Shown: piece after piece, positions 1 to 9,348 of the stretch | How the letters are laid out: every line of letters begins with the position of its first letter | Position numbering within the stretch: the stretch's first letter is position 1 | Source of the DNA: Hyphococcus sp. | GTDB taxonomy: Bacteria; Pseudomonadota; Alphaproteobacteria; Caulobacterales; Parvularculaceae | Reading direction: 5' to 3' | NCBI GenBank assembly: GCA_021776335.1 | Contig: JAJFGB010000001.1 | Location: 301,431-365,430 of the forward strand | Length of the DNA stretch: 64,000 bases | Program-made: the position numbers and the translations under genes | The notes under the pieces: model-generated | Database searches by the model: none | Seen by the model: the letters and a program-made list of their open reading frames with translations, nothing else | Told to the model about the DNA's origin: nothing

Positions 1-2563
1 AACAGCAGCAGCAAGCTTTTTCAACGCGCATGATGTATTCGTTGCATTGAATGAGTCGCGCAGCGAAGCAATGTCGCTGCAAGCGATCGGGTCGATTTAC
101 CGCGATGCTGAATCATATGATCAAGCGCTGGAATATTATGAGCGCGCGGCGGAGGTTTATTCGGATGACAGGTCTCTCGATCTTTCTTCGTTCAACAATC
201 AGGCCAATATTTTAAAGGAGCTCGGTCGGTTCCAAAAATCGAGAGGTCTTTATAGCGAAGCGCTGAAGATTGCCGTAGCAATCGACAGCAACGTCCTTCG
301 CGCACGCATTTTAACGAATGTGGCTGATATGGAAGTGCTGGCGGGAAACTATCAGTATGCTGAAGACACGGCCGCTAAAGCGCTGGCGTTGCTCGAGGGA
401 GAAGACGGAACCGAGTGGGGCCGCTTTGTGTTTGGTGTCCAGGCCCACGCGAAGCTAAAACAAAACGACTTTGAAGCCGCGGAAATGCTTATCCGTAATG
501 CATTTGAAGGTGTTGAAGTCGCACATACCTCTCTTTCCTATGAAGAGATGCATGACGTCGCTTATCAGGTTTACCTGGAGCGCGGGAATTATGAGGAAGC
601 AGTTGAGCATCACCAGAGCTTCAAGCGTCTGTCAGATGACGCGAAAAAAGTTTCGTCATCTGCCAACCTTGCTCTCCTCGGCGCACGCTTTCAGACCGCA
701 GAACACAGGCTCAACATAGAGCGGCTGGAAAATGATAAGCTGCATCAGGATATGTTGCTTGAGGAAGCCTATCGGCAGCACGCTATACAGATAGCTGTTA
801 TTGCTTTTGGCGGCGTCATAGTGCTCTTCTTCTTCATTGCCGCTGTCAGCACGCGTCGGAACCGCAACCACATCACCGGCATTAATGACCAGTTGAGTGA
901 AACCGTTGAGCGATTGAACGACGAGATCAAGCAGCGAGAGATTTTTCAACGCGATCTTGTTGTCGCAAAAGATGAAGCCGAACAAGCTAGCCGAATGAAA
1001 TCAACATTCCTGGCGACCATGAGCCATGAGCTCCGGACACCAATGAATGGAATACTCGGTTTCAGCAAGCTGCTGCAAACAAGTAACCTGACCGGTGAAC
1101 AGCGTGAGCAGCTCCAGGTTATCGAACAGTCGGGCGAATCGCTGCTGGTATTGATCAATGATATCCTTGACCTTTCCCAACTCGAGTCGGGCAAGTTGAG
1201 GCTCACAAAATCGCCATTTGATCTGCGCAATACAATTGAAGGCGCCGCTAAGCTCCTGCAGGCGAAGGCGCAGGAAAAAGATCTTACGCTTGCGGTTTAT
1301 GTGGACCCGGGGCTTCCGACTATTGTCAACGGCGATAGCGGCCGCGTTCGCCAGATAGCGGTTAATTTGTTGGGCAACGCCGTCAAGTTTACCGAGAAGG
1401 GCAGTATTGCGGCATTTGTTTCTGCCGGAGAGTGTGAGGACGAGATTAGAATTTCCGTCACCGACTCCGGTATTGGTATTCCGGATGATAAAGTTGACGG
1501 CCTTTTCGAGCGCTTTTTTCAGGTCGATGGGTCGAGTTGCCGCAAATTCGACGGTAGTGGCCTCGGTTTGGCTATTTGTAAGGAGCTCGCTGATGAGATG
1601 AACGGCGAGATCGGCGTCAATACCGTTCCTGGCGAAGGCAGTGAGTTCTGGATTACTGTTCCGCTTCCTGAAGTGCATGATGTGGCTGCCCTTAGACATA
1701 GCGGTACTGAACGGTTTGGCGAGGCGAAACCTGTTGTTGTTGTCAGTGACGAGAGAATTCAACAAAAAATATTTGCAGCTTTGCTGCCGACAATGAACCT
1801 AGAACCAATAATTGTGGATGATGGTAAATCTGCCATCGAAGCGCTTGGCATGATGAAGAAAAATGGAACGCTTGCTGAGGCCGTGATCGTTAGTGACAAA
1901 CTGCGTGACATGTGCGCTGAAGACCTCAGTAAGCATATCAGGCGCAACGCATTATGTGATGACGCGAAACTTGTTCTCAATACTGCAAGACCGGTTTTTC
2001 CAGACGTGTTGGCGTCGATGGGTTTCGACCAGCATATCGACCAGCCGATCACAGCAGATACAATTTTTGCAAATTTGAGACCGGCTACGGAGCAGGCGTC
2101 TGTATCAAAGGAAATTACAAGATCGTCTGAACCCGTATGCGAGGTCGTCTCGCTTGCGCGGCGTTCCTCGGTTGCAACTGTCCTCGTCGTCGATGACAAT
2201 TCGACCAACAGACTGTTGATGTCAAAAGTACTGGCGTCAGTTAATGTCAATGTGGAGATTGCGACCAATGGCGCCGAAGCTGTCAAAGCTGTCCGGGATA
2301 ACCAATTCGATATGATCTTTATGGACGTTCATATGCCGGTCATGGACGGCATAGAAGCGACGAAGCGTATCAGGCGGATTGCGGGACCGTGTGCGTCGAC
2401 GCCGATTATAGCGCTGACGGCATTGGCGATGCCGGGAGATCAGGCAAAATTCCTTGAGGCCGGCATGGATGACTATATGGCAAAGCCTATCGATATTGCC
2501 GCGCTGCGCTCTAAGGTTCAGGCGATTATGAATCAGCGGCGTAATTCAGCAGTTGGCGCGTGA
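1..2563 (+). CDS. TPR-repeat hybrid sensor histidine kinase/response regulator (5' partial)
   Basis: Frame is open back to the window edge. TPR-like helices, one TM (IAVIAFGGVIVLFFFIAAV), H-box FLATMSHELRTPMNG, HATPase N/G boxes, a degenerate REC and a canonical REC (DMIFMDVHMPVMDG). Confidence 0.93.
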   Translation, partial: TAAASFFNAHDVFVALNESRSEAMSLQAIGSIYRDAESYDQALEYYERAAEVYSDDRSLDLSSFNNQANILKELGRFQKSRGLYSEALKIAVAIDSNVLRARILTNVADMEVLAGNYQYAEDTAAKALALLEGEDGTEWGRFVFGVQAHAKLKQNDFEAAEMLIRNAFEGVEVAHTSLSYEEMHDVAYQVYLERGNYEEAVEHHQSFKRLSDDAKKVSSSANLALLGARFQTAEHRLNIERLENDKLHQDMLLEEAYRQHAIQIAVIAFGGVIVLFFFIAAVSTRRNRNHITGINDQLSETVERLNDEIKQREIFQRDLVVAKDEAEQASRMKSTFLATMSHELRTPMNGILGFSKLLQTSNLTGEQREQLQVIEQSGESLLVLINDILDLSQLESGKLRLTKSPFDLRNTIEGAAKLLQAKAQEKDLTLAVYVDPGLPTIVNGDSGRVRQIAVNLLGNAVKFTEKGSIAAFVSAGECEDEIRISVTDSGIGIPDDKVDGLFERFFQVDGSSCRKFDGSGLGLAICKELADEMNGEIGVNTVPGEGSEFWITVPLPEVHDVAALRHSGTERFGEAKPVVVVSDERIQQKIFAALLPTMNLEPIIVDDGKSAIEALGMMKKNGTLAEAVIVSDKLRDMCAEDLSKHIRRNALCDDAKLVLNTARPVFPDVLASMGFDQHIDQPITADTIFANLRPATEQASVSKEITRSSEPVCEVVSLARRSSVATVLVVDDNSTNRLLMSKVLASVNVNVEIATNGAEAVKAVRDNQFDMIFMDVHMPVMDGIEATKRIRRIAGPCASTPIIALTALAMPGDQAKFLEAGMDDYMAKPIDIAALRSKVQAIMNQRRNSAVGA

Positions 2564-2626
2564 AAATGCTGAAGTGCCGGGATGACGATATGGCCGTCAT
2601 TCGTCTGGACGCCGGCCTTTCGTAAA

Positions 2627-4135
2627 TCATTCACCGTCACGCTCTGCGCTTCGTGCCGACAGGTCTTCGCGCGCAACTGCGTTGCCCGCGACAATGACAA
2701 GATTGATCGTGTCATAGGCGGCCACATTTTCTAACGGGCTTTCCGCCAGCAATAAAAGATCAGCGCGTTTTCCGATCTCGATGGTTCCTATTTCATTTTC
2801 CAGGCCAAAAAACTGCGCATTTTCGATGGTCGCGGTGCGAAAGAGTTTTTGCGGCGAGACGCCTGCGGCAACCCAGTTATTCATTTCCAGGCGGCCATTG
2901 AGGCCCGGCGGATTGGCAAAGGTCGGATCGCTCGGCGTGTCGCTGCCGAAGATCAATGCGCCGTTGTTTTCCGCAAGAAATGAGAGTGTGGCGGTAACGC
3001 GGGCGATCGCATTAGCATCGAGATCTTTCCAGCGCCCTTCTTCGAGCAGTTCCGTAATGTAAGGGTTTTCCGCCATGCGTTTGCGCCACCACTGGCCGTC
3101 TTCGGTTGCATACCAGTCGATAAGGCTCTGGGGCAGCACGTCGCGCAAAGCCGGGTTTCTCAAATAGTCCGGATTGTGCAAATCCCGCTCGCCATAGAGA
3201 ACCTGAATTGTCGGTTGTGTCGCGATATCACGCTCGTTGATAATATTTAAAACATTGATGACCTCAGGGTTTAAAGTGGTGGTGGAGCGATCATTCCACG
3301 TCCACATGCCGTGCGCGAAGGCGTCAACGCCCGCGTCGATGCCGAATTGCTGTGCGGTTTGTTTATTGGCATGCAGCAACACCGGAATGCCCGCTTCATG
3401 CGCAAATGAAATAAGCTCGCGGATGATGTCTACCGTCGGAACCGGCAAATCTCCGCGCCCGCCAAAGCCGCGCTCGAAATGTGTTTTGACGCAAATTGCG
3501 CCATCGGCCCGCATTTTCGTGACGACAGCTTCAGGAGAGTGCTCTGTGGGATCAGCGTGTTCAGGAAATTCATCGGCGCGGCTTTCATCATAAAGAAAAT
3601 ACGGCATTATTTTATAGCGGGCGGGCTTCGGCATAAAGCTCATGGGATAACCGTCAAACACCGGCGCGGCGCCGCAAAAATGGGCCTGAGGTCGAATGTC
3701 CCGGCGATTCCAACGGGCGATGTAGTCAGGCGTCGCGTTCAAATCGATGACTGTCGTAAAGCCATGATAAAGATAACTGCGCGGAATTTGCTGCTTGGCG
3801 TCGCGGGCAATTTTTTGGTTTGCCTGCTCATGCTGGTATGTCATTCCCGGAATCTCGCTCAGATGCGTATGAGCATCGATCAGTCCGGGTGTCAGATAAC
3901 GCCCACCGCCATCAATCACCTTTAGGGATGCGCTGCCGTCGTTGGGAATATCTGGTGCGATGGCGACAATACGCCCATCACGGATCAGGATGTCGGTCGC
4001 TGTCGATGGTTCCTGGCGCTCCGGCGATATGATGATGACATTGTGAATCAAGAGATCATCGGTTGGAGCAGGACCCAGGGAGGCGGAACATCCCGCGGCA
4101 GCGGTGAGGCAGATTACGGTCATCAGGCGGTGCAT
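2627..4135 (-). CDS. Amidohydrolase family protein, probable lipoprotein
   Basis: PGLIDAHTHL metal-binding HxH, GSD motif, C-terminal GTIEIGKRADLLLL; N-terminal lipobox-like AAGC. Confidence 0.88.
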   Translation of the reverse strand: MHRLMTVICLTAAAGCSASLGPAPTDDLLIHNVIIISPERQEPSTATDILIRDGRIVAIAPDIPNDGSASLKVIDGGGRYLTPGLIDAHTHLSEIPGMTYQHEQANQKIARDAKQQIPRSYLYHGFTTVIDLNATPDYIARWNRRDIRPQAHFCGAAPVFDGYPMSFMPKPARYKIMPYFLYDESRADEFPEHADPTEHSPEAVVTKMRADGAICVKTHFERGFGGRGDLPVPTVDIIRELISFAHEAGIPVLLHANKQTAQQFGIDAGVDAFAHGMWTWNDRSTTTLNPEVINVLNIINERDIATQPTIQVLYGERDLHNPDYLRNPALRDVLPQSLIDWYATEDGQWWRKRMAENPYITELLEEGRWKDLDANAIARVTATLSFLAENNGALIFGSDTPSDPTFANPPGLNGRLEMNNWVAAGVSPQKLFRTATIENAQFFGLENEIGTIEIGKRADLLLLAESPLENVAAYDTINLVIVAGNAVAREDLSARSAERDGE

Positions 4136-4263
4136 CGAATCGAACTCCTTAAAACAGGTCGCCGCAATCTGGCTGAGTTCACATCAAATACGACCGAAAA
4201 CATGTTTTCGGTCGCGATTTTTAGTGCTTGGTTCGTCGGGCCGAGATTTGATACAAGCGGCGA

Positions 4264-5313
4264 ATGAAATCGCTCATACAATATCTCGGCTATGCGACCT
4301 CATTTGGCTGTCTCCTCTTCGCGGCGCATCTTTTTGCTGCGCGGCCGGCTAACCGGACGCCGTCACTGTTGCTGGCGGCGCTCTTTTTAGTCTTTGCCGC
4401 GCAACCTGTGCTTTTGAGCATGCTTTTGGAGGTTGGAAGGCCGAGTTTTGCGGCCGTCGCCCGGCCGTCCCTGGCCATGACCATCGGGCCGCTTATGCTG
4501 TTATATTTCATGAGCGCCGCTGACCCGGTTTTTCGGTTGCGGTGGCGTGAGGGGCTGCATTTCGTGCCGGCTTTTTTCGTTGCTTTCGAAATGACCAGTT
4601 ATAATTTCTGGATTGATATAGATCTTGCGATCATCACAAGCTTTACCGCCTATGCGATCGCTCTATGGCTGCGGGTGCGACGCGGCGCTCAGCAATTTAA
4701 CCATCTGGGTGAGGGACGGCGCGATGCGTTTCGCGTGTTGTTGGCTGGCGCAGCGCTTTTGTCTGCATCGCTCGCTGGTGAAATGATTATCGTCGCGGAC
4801 TTTTTGCGCAATGGCGCGTTGTCAAATTCAGTTCCGTTGACGCTTGCGTTGGTTTTTGACCTTGCTGTGATCGGTGTCGCAATCCTTGCTGCTATGCAGC
4901 GGCCTTCGCCATTCGACTGGCTCTATCAATTTGGCGCGGCGTTGACGGGTGGTGAGCGGTCGTCAATGAGTGATGTCGACTGTCGAACCTGCATCGATAA
5001 TTTTGAAACACTGGTCGAAAAACATAACCTCTTCAGCGAAGAGGGCCTGGGATTAAACGCTGTGGCGAAACGCCTTGGCGTGCCGGCCCGGCGCCTCTCT
5101 GAAGCGATCAACCGGATTTATGGCGAAAGTTTTTCCCGGCGTATGAACCGTTGGCGGGTCGAAGAGGCTAAGCGGCTGTTACGAGATCATCCGGAGACGC
5201 CGATCACGAATGTGATGTTTGACGCGGGTTTCAGGACGAAATCGAGTTTCAACAGGGAGTTTCGTATGATTGAGGGCGTCTCGCCCACGGAATATCGAAA
5301 TGCGCTTTCGTAA
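4264..5313 (+). CDS. Membrane-anchored AraC-family transcriptional regulator
   Basis: Several N-terminal TM segments; C-terminal AraC HTH (ITNVMFDAGFRTKSSFNREFRMIEGVSPTEYR); divergent from the amidohydrolase. Confidence 0.9.
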   Translation: MKSLIQYLGYATSFGCLLFAAHLFAARPANRTPSLLLAALFLVFAAQPVLLSMLLEVGRPSFAAVARPSLAMTIGPLMLLYFMSAADPVFRLRWREGLHFVPAFFVAFEMTSYNFWIDIDLAIITSFTAYAIALWLRVRRGAQQFNHLGEGRRDAFRVLLAGAALLSASLAGEMIIVADFLRNGALSNSVPLTLALVFDLAVIGVAILAAMQRPSPFDWLYQFGAALTGGERSSMSDVDCRTCIDNFETLVEKHNLFSEEGLGLNAVAKRLGVPARRLSEAINRIYGESFSRRMNRWRVEEAKRLLRDHPETPITNVMFDAGFRTKSSFNREFRMIEGVSPTEYRNALS

Positions 5314-5379
5314 AGCTGATCTGGTTTGTTAAAACGTTTGGCTATTGTTGTGCGCTACAACTGCCCCACAGGTATTAAC

Positions 5380-5823
5380 ATGACAAGCTTTCGCGAAATG
5401 ACTGCCGCCGATATGCCGCAAGTTTTCGATGTACGGCTCGCGACTACCGAGAATGCTGTCACCATAGAACGGCTAGAAGAAAAAGGCGTGACCCCGGCAT
5501 CGCTTGCGGCGGCAATTGAGGCTTCCGCGAAAGGCTGGGTGTGTGAGGAAGATGACAAGATCGTCGGCTTTGCCATGGGCGACAGCAAGAGCGGCGAAGT
5601 AACAGTTCTTGCGTTGCTACCCCGTTGCGAAGGCCGCGGCATTGGCAAGCAATTATTGCTCATGGTTCAGGACTGGCTCTTTGCATCAGGCCATGAGGAA
5701 ATCTGGCTTGTAACATCGCCCGACCCGGTTTTTCGCGCTTATGGTTTTTATCAGGCGCTTGGCTGGCGACCGACTGGTGAGATTATTGACGGCGATGAGA
5801 AGTTCGTGTTGCGGCGTCTGTAA
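5380..5823 (+). CDS. GNAT family N-acetyltransferase
   Basis: Acetyl-CoA motif EGRGIGKQLL and AYGFYQALGW; ATG 5380 chosen as the likely start. Confidence 0.88.
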   Translation: MTSFREMTAADMPQVFDVRLATTENAVTIERLEEKGVTPASLAAAIEASAKGWVCEEDDKIVGFAMGDSKSGEVTVLALLPRCEGRGIGKQLLLMVQDWLFASGHEEIWLVTSPDPVFRAYGFYQALGWRPTGEIIDGDEKFVLRRL

Positions 5824-5835
5824 GAAAACTTCGCG

Positions 5836-6177
5836 CTATCGTGCATCGACGGTTTCGCGTTCCATCTCCTTTTTCATTTTATCAAGCATGTTGACGGCCT
5901 CGGCAGCGTAAGCGCCGATCCATCGGTCATGAATACCCTTGATAGGAATGGCGTTTAAATAATTCCAGCGTTGCCGGCCAGCGCGCCTGGCGATAATCAG
6001 GCCAGCCTCTTCAAGCACGTCGAGATGTTGCATCACGCTGCAGCGGCCGAGGTCGGCAAAGCACGCGCAAAGCTCGCTCGTGGTTTGCGGATTATTGCGC
6101 AAAGCATCCATTAAATCCCGGCGGATTGAGGAGGCGAGCGCCTTGAATATCTTGTCATCTTGAACGCGATTTGACAT
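5836..6177 (-). CDS. ArsR/SmtB-family transcriptional regulator
   Basis: IFKALASSIRRDLM...VMQHLDVLEEAGLI...RQRWNYLN winged-helix signature. Confidence 0.88.
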   Translation of the reverse strand: MSNRVQDDKIFKALASSIRRDLMDALRNNPQTTSELCACFADLGRCSVMQHLDVLEEAGLIIARRAGRQRWNYLNAIPIKGIHDRWIGAYAAEAVNMLDKMKKEMERETVDAR

Positions 6178-6198
6178 GTTATAAAAATATAACATAAT
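6171..6198 (+). promoter_or_regulatory. Perfect 8-4-8 inverted repeat overlapping a sigma70-like promoter (likely ArsR operator)
   Basis: ATGTTATA-AAAA-TATAACAT at 6176-6195; TTGACA 6171-6176 and CATAAT 6193-6198 (16 bp spacer), between the divergent ArsR and SRPBCC genes. Confidence 0.7.
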
Positions 6199-6220
6199 AT
6201 GAAATAATGCAAGGAGGCAG

Positions 6221-6685
6221 ATGATGGAATTGAAATTTGAGGTTAGCGCCCGCATCAACCGGCCGGTCGAAGAAGTCTTTGAAGGCATCGTCAATCCGGA
6301 AAAACTCTCCGGCTACTTCACCACTGGCGGCGCCAGCGCCCGGCTGGAAACCGGCGCGACGGTGCAATGGGCTTTTCATGATCATCCGGACGCCTTTCCG
6401 GTAAAAATCGTCGAAGTCACAAAGAACCGGCGCATCATCCTTGAATGGGAAGCCGATGACGCGGGCAAGGACGGCGAGGCCGTCTATAACACCACCGTCA
6501 CCATGCGTTTTGAAGCGCTCGAAGGCGGTCGCACGCTGATTTCAATTGCGGAAGAAGGCTGGCGCAAAACTGACGCTGGTCAAAAAGCGTCCTACAACAA
6601 CTGCATGGGTTGGTCACAAATGCTGTGTGCGATGAAAGCCTATCTCGAACATGGCATCAATTTGCGCGAAGGGATGTATAAATAG
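6221..6685 (+). CDS. SRPBCC (AHSA1/START-like) domain protein
   Basis: ARINRPVEEVFEGIVNPEKLSGYF start and C-terminal GWSQMLCAMKAYLE helix typical of AHSA1-like proteins. Confidence 0.88.
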   Translation: MMELKFEVSARINRPVEEVFEGIVNPEKLSGYFTTGGASARLETGATVQWAFHDHPDAFPVKIVEVTKNRRIILEWEADDAGKDGEAVYNTTVTMRFEALEGGRTLISIAEEGWRKTDAGQKASYNNCMGWSQMLCAMKAYLEHGINLREGMYK

Positions 6686-6821
6686 GGTGTTGCCACCCGT
6701 CGATTCGACGCCATGACAAAATCATTTTGACCGATTTCGTTTGCGCACATGATGCGCTTCCAGGCGCACTTGGTACGTATGCAGAGGGCATTCATATAAG
6801 TTTTAGATAACGTTCAAATAT

Positions 6822-6850
6822 CTGTCATCGATCTGCAAAGAAGCTGTCAT
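6822..6850 (+). promoter_or_regulatory. Pho box (PhoB site), three 11-bp-period units
   Basis: CTGTCAT at 6822, CTGCAAA at 6833 and CTGTCAT at 6844, upstream of porin-pstSCAB-phoU. Confidence 0.85.
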
Positions 6851-6917
6851 CGAATGTCGCCAGATAGCCCGTCATATTCAGCCGCCAATGGGGCGGGTGA
6901 AAATGCACGAGGGCAGA

Positions 6918-8147
6918 ATGACGACGAAACTGGGGATAGTAACAGCGGCGATCGCTGCGGTGGTGAGCACCGGGGCTGCCGGTGAAGAATCAGCTGGGCG
7001 CATTTCCAAATGGGACGCCGCGCCGGTGTTTAAGGGCGACGGCTGGGAGTTCAAAATTGGCGGCCGTGTGCAGCTGGATTACTCTATTGTCGATACCGAC
7101 ATTTCGGGCGCCAACTGGAATGCGGGAGAGCTTCGGCGGTTAAGGCTCGGGGTCGCTGGCAAATTCGGCGACAATTTCAAATACAAGGTGGAGCTCAACA
7201 CAAATTCCAGCGGCGATGTCAATCTTGAGGACGGCTATGTCCAGTGGACACCGACCGGCGGCGGCTGGAATGTGAAACTGGGGCAGTTCAAAACGCCAAA
7301 CTCGCTTGATGAGCAGACATCGTCACGCTTCATTTCCATCCTGGAACGCGCGGCGTTTACAGATGCATTTGGTTTTAACCGTCGGCTTGGCGTCAGCATC
7401 AATGCCAAGGGTGACAACTATACGCTGTCCGCCGGCATTTTCGGTGACAATGTTAATGTTGCAAACCAACAGGAAGGCTACGCACTGGCGGTGCGTGGTA
7501 CGCTGAACCCCGTCAAAAGCGATGATTTGCTGATCCATCTCGGCGCTTCGGTCCGGTATCGAAGTGTCGGCGATTCACAGGGCGATATCAGATACCGGCA
7601 GCGGCCAGTGTCGCATATTCCGGGGCGTATCATCAGCACCGGCTCCATTGCAGATTCAGATCTCTTTGTGGGCGCCGAAGCGGCGGCGATTTTTCAAAAT
7701 TTCTGGGCCGCTGGTGAATATGGCGTTACTTTTGCCGATTGTAGCGCAGCGGCGGCTTGTGCTGACCCAACGCTTCAGGGCGCTTATGGTGAAGTCGGCG
7801 TCATTGTCGGCGGTAAGCGGGGTTACAAGGGCGGAAAGTTTAATCGCCCTAAAGTTAACAATCCCGTCACCAAGGGCGGCATGGGCGCGCTCGCTTTCAT
7901 TGCTCGTTTCGACACCATCGATCTCTCCGACAGCGGCGTTAATGGCGGCAGTTATAATTCCTACACGCTGGGCGCCGATTGGTGGGCGACAAAATATACG
8001 CGGCTTGGCGTCAATCTCTTCAAAGCCGATGCTGATCTGGGTTCATCAACTTCCGGCCTCGATTCAAGTTTTGCAGCGCTCGTCACTGGCGGCGTGCTTA
8101 TGGAAGACGTCACTGGCGTCATGTTTCGCGCACAGTTCGACTTTTAG
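6918..8147 (+). CDS. OprO/OprP-family phosphate-selective porin (copy 1)
   Basis: GGRVQLDY, ELRRLRLG, GQFKTP..LDEQTSSRF..ILER motifs; C-terminal QFDF; first gene after the Pho box. Start is uncertain (6888/6903/6918). Confidence 0.9.
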   Translation: MTTKLGIVTAAIAAVVSTGAAGEESAGRISKWDAAPVFKGDGWEFKIGGRVQLDYSIVDTDISGANWNAGELRRLRLGVAGKFGDNFKYKVELNTNSSGDVNLEDGYVQWTPTGGGWNVKLGQFKTPNSLDEQTSSRFISILERAAFTDAFGFNRRLGVSINAKGDNYTLSAGIFGDNVNVANQQEGYALAVRGTLNPVKSDDLLIHLGASVRYRSVGDSQGDIRYRQRPVSHIPGRIISTGSIADSDLFVGAEAAAIFQNFWAAGEYGVTFADCSAAAACADPTLQGAYGEVGVIVGGKRGYKGGKFNRPKVNNPVTKGGMGALAFIARFDTIDLSDSGVNGGSYNSYTLGADWWATKYTRLGVNLFKADADLGSSTSGLDSSFAALVTGGVLMEDVTGVMFRAQFDF

Positions 8148-8182
8148 TCGCTACTCCAAAAAAACCAATAAGGACAAAGACC

Positions 8183-9256
8183 ATGAAACTGAAATCACTA
8201 TTAGCGAGCGTAATCGGCGTGCTCTTTGCCTTCGGCTGCGGCTCTGAAGATGCGCAAGTATCGGCGCCCATAGCGACAGCGGAAGCGGCCGACGAAATCC
8301 GGATTGTCGGATCATCCACCGTCTATCCGTTTTCCACAAAAGTCGCCCAGGAATATAAGAATAAAACTGGCCAAAGCGTAGTTGTAGAATCAACCGGGTC
8401 AGGCGGCGGCCATAAACTCTTTTGCGAGGGTGCTGGCGCCGATACGGCCGATGTAACGAACTCCTCGCGGCGGCAAAAGAAAAGCGAGTTTGATAAATGC
8501 GGCGCCAACGGCGTCCAGGAAATCGTTGAAGTGAAAATCGGCTTTGACGGCATTGTCGTGGCAAATGCCCTCGACAGCGTTGAAATCGACCTCACATTGA
8601 AGCAAATCTACCAGGCCTTCGCGAAACGGGTTCCGATCAGCGACAGCAACTGCACCTTGCATGACAATCCATACGAGAAATGGTCAGACATTGACGCAAC
8701 TCTTCCTGGCACGGCGATTGAAGCCTTCGGCCCGCCGCCAACGTCGGGCACCCGTGACGCCTTTGTGGAAATCGCCATGGAAGGCGGCGCCAAACAAGTC
8801 GCTTGTCTCGCTGCCTTGCGCAAAGAAGACAAAAAAGCTTTTGCAACAATTGCCCACACGCTGCGTGAAGACGGGAAATGGATTGACGCTGGCGAAAACG
8901 ACAACGCTATTGTCCAAACATTGACCAACACGCCAAGCGCCGTGGGCGTCTTTGGTTATTCTTTCCTCGACCAAAATGCGGACATGATTAAGGGCGCGCT
9001 GGTCGGCGGCGTTGAGCCGACCTTCGAAAATATTGCGGACGGCTACTATCCGATTTCACGCTCGCTCTACTTTTATCTGAAAGCTGACAATGTGGCTGTC
9101 ACCAATGGTCTGAAGGGATATGCGCTGGAATTTACATCCGACGAAGCATCAGGCCCTGGCGGTTATCTTGAGGAGATCGGTCTTGTGCCCTTACCCGATG
9201 ATGAACGCGCACGATACCGCGCAGCGATCGAAAATATGACTGGCTACAGTCAATAG
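8183..9256 (+). CDS. pstS: Phosphate ABC transporter substrate-binding protein
   Basis: IVGSSTVYPF, ESTGSGGG, GPPPTSGTRDAF motifs; lipobox FAFGC. Confidence 0.95.
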   Translation: MKLKSLLASVIGVLFAFGCGSEDAQVSAPIATAEAADEIRIVGSSTVYPFSTKVAQEYKNKTGQSVVVESTGSGGGHKLFCEGAGADTADVTNSSRRQKKSEFDKCGANGVQEIVEVKIGFDGIVVANALDSVEIDLTLKQIYQAFAKRVPISDSNCTLHDNPYEKWSDIDATLPGTAIEAFGPPPTSGTRDAFVEIAMEGGAKQVACLAALRKEDKKAFATIAHTLREDGKWIDAGENDNAIVQTLTNTPSAVGVFGYSFLDQNADMIKGALVGGVEPTFENIADGYYPISRSLYFYLKADNVAVTNGLKGYALEFTSDEASGPGGYLEEIGLVPLPDDERARYRAAIENMTGYSQ

Positions 9257-9282
9257 GTCAGCGCTGAAAAGCGCAATGGAAC

Positions 9283-9314
9283 AAAGGGAAGGCGGCATCA
9301 TGCTGCCTTCCTTT
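9283..9314 (+). other. Intergenic stem-loop between pstS and pstC
   Basis: AAAGGGAAGGCGGCA-TCA-TGCTGCCTTCCTTT inverted repeat; probably stabilises pstS mRNA or attenuates transcription (inference). Confidence 0.7.
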
Positions 9315-9348
9315 AGTCGTTAGAAGAGACAGAGAGCAGTCTGAAGAC

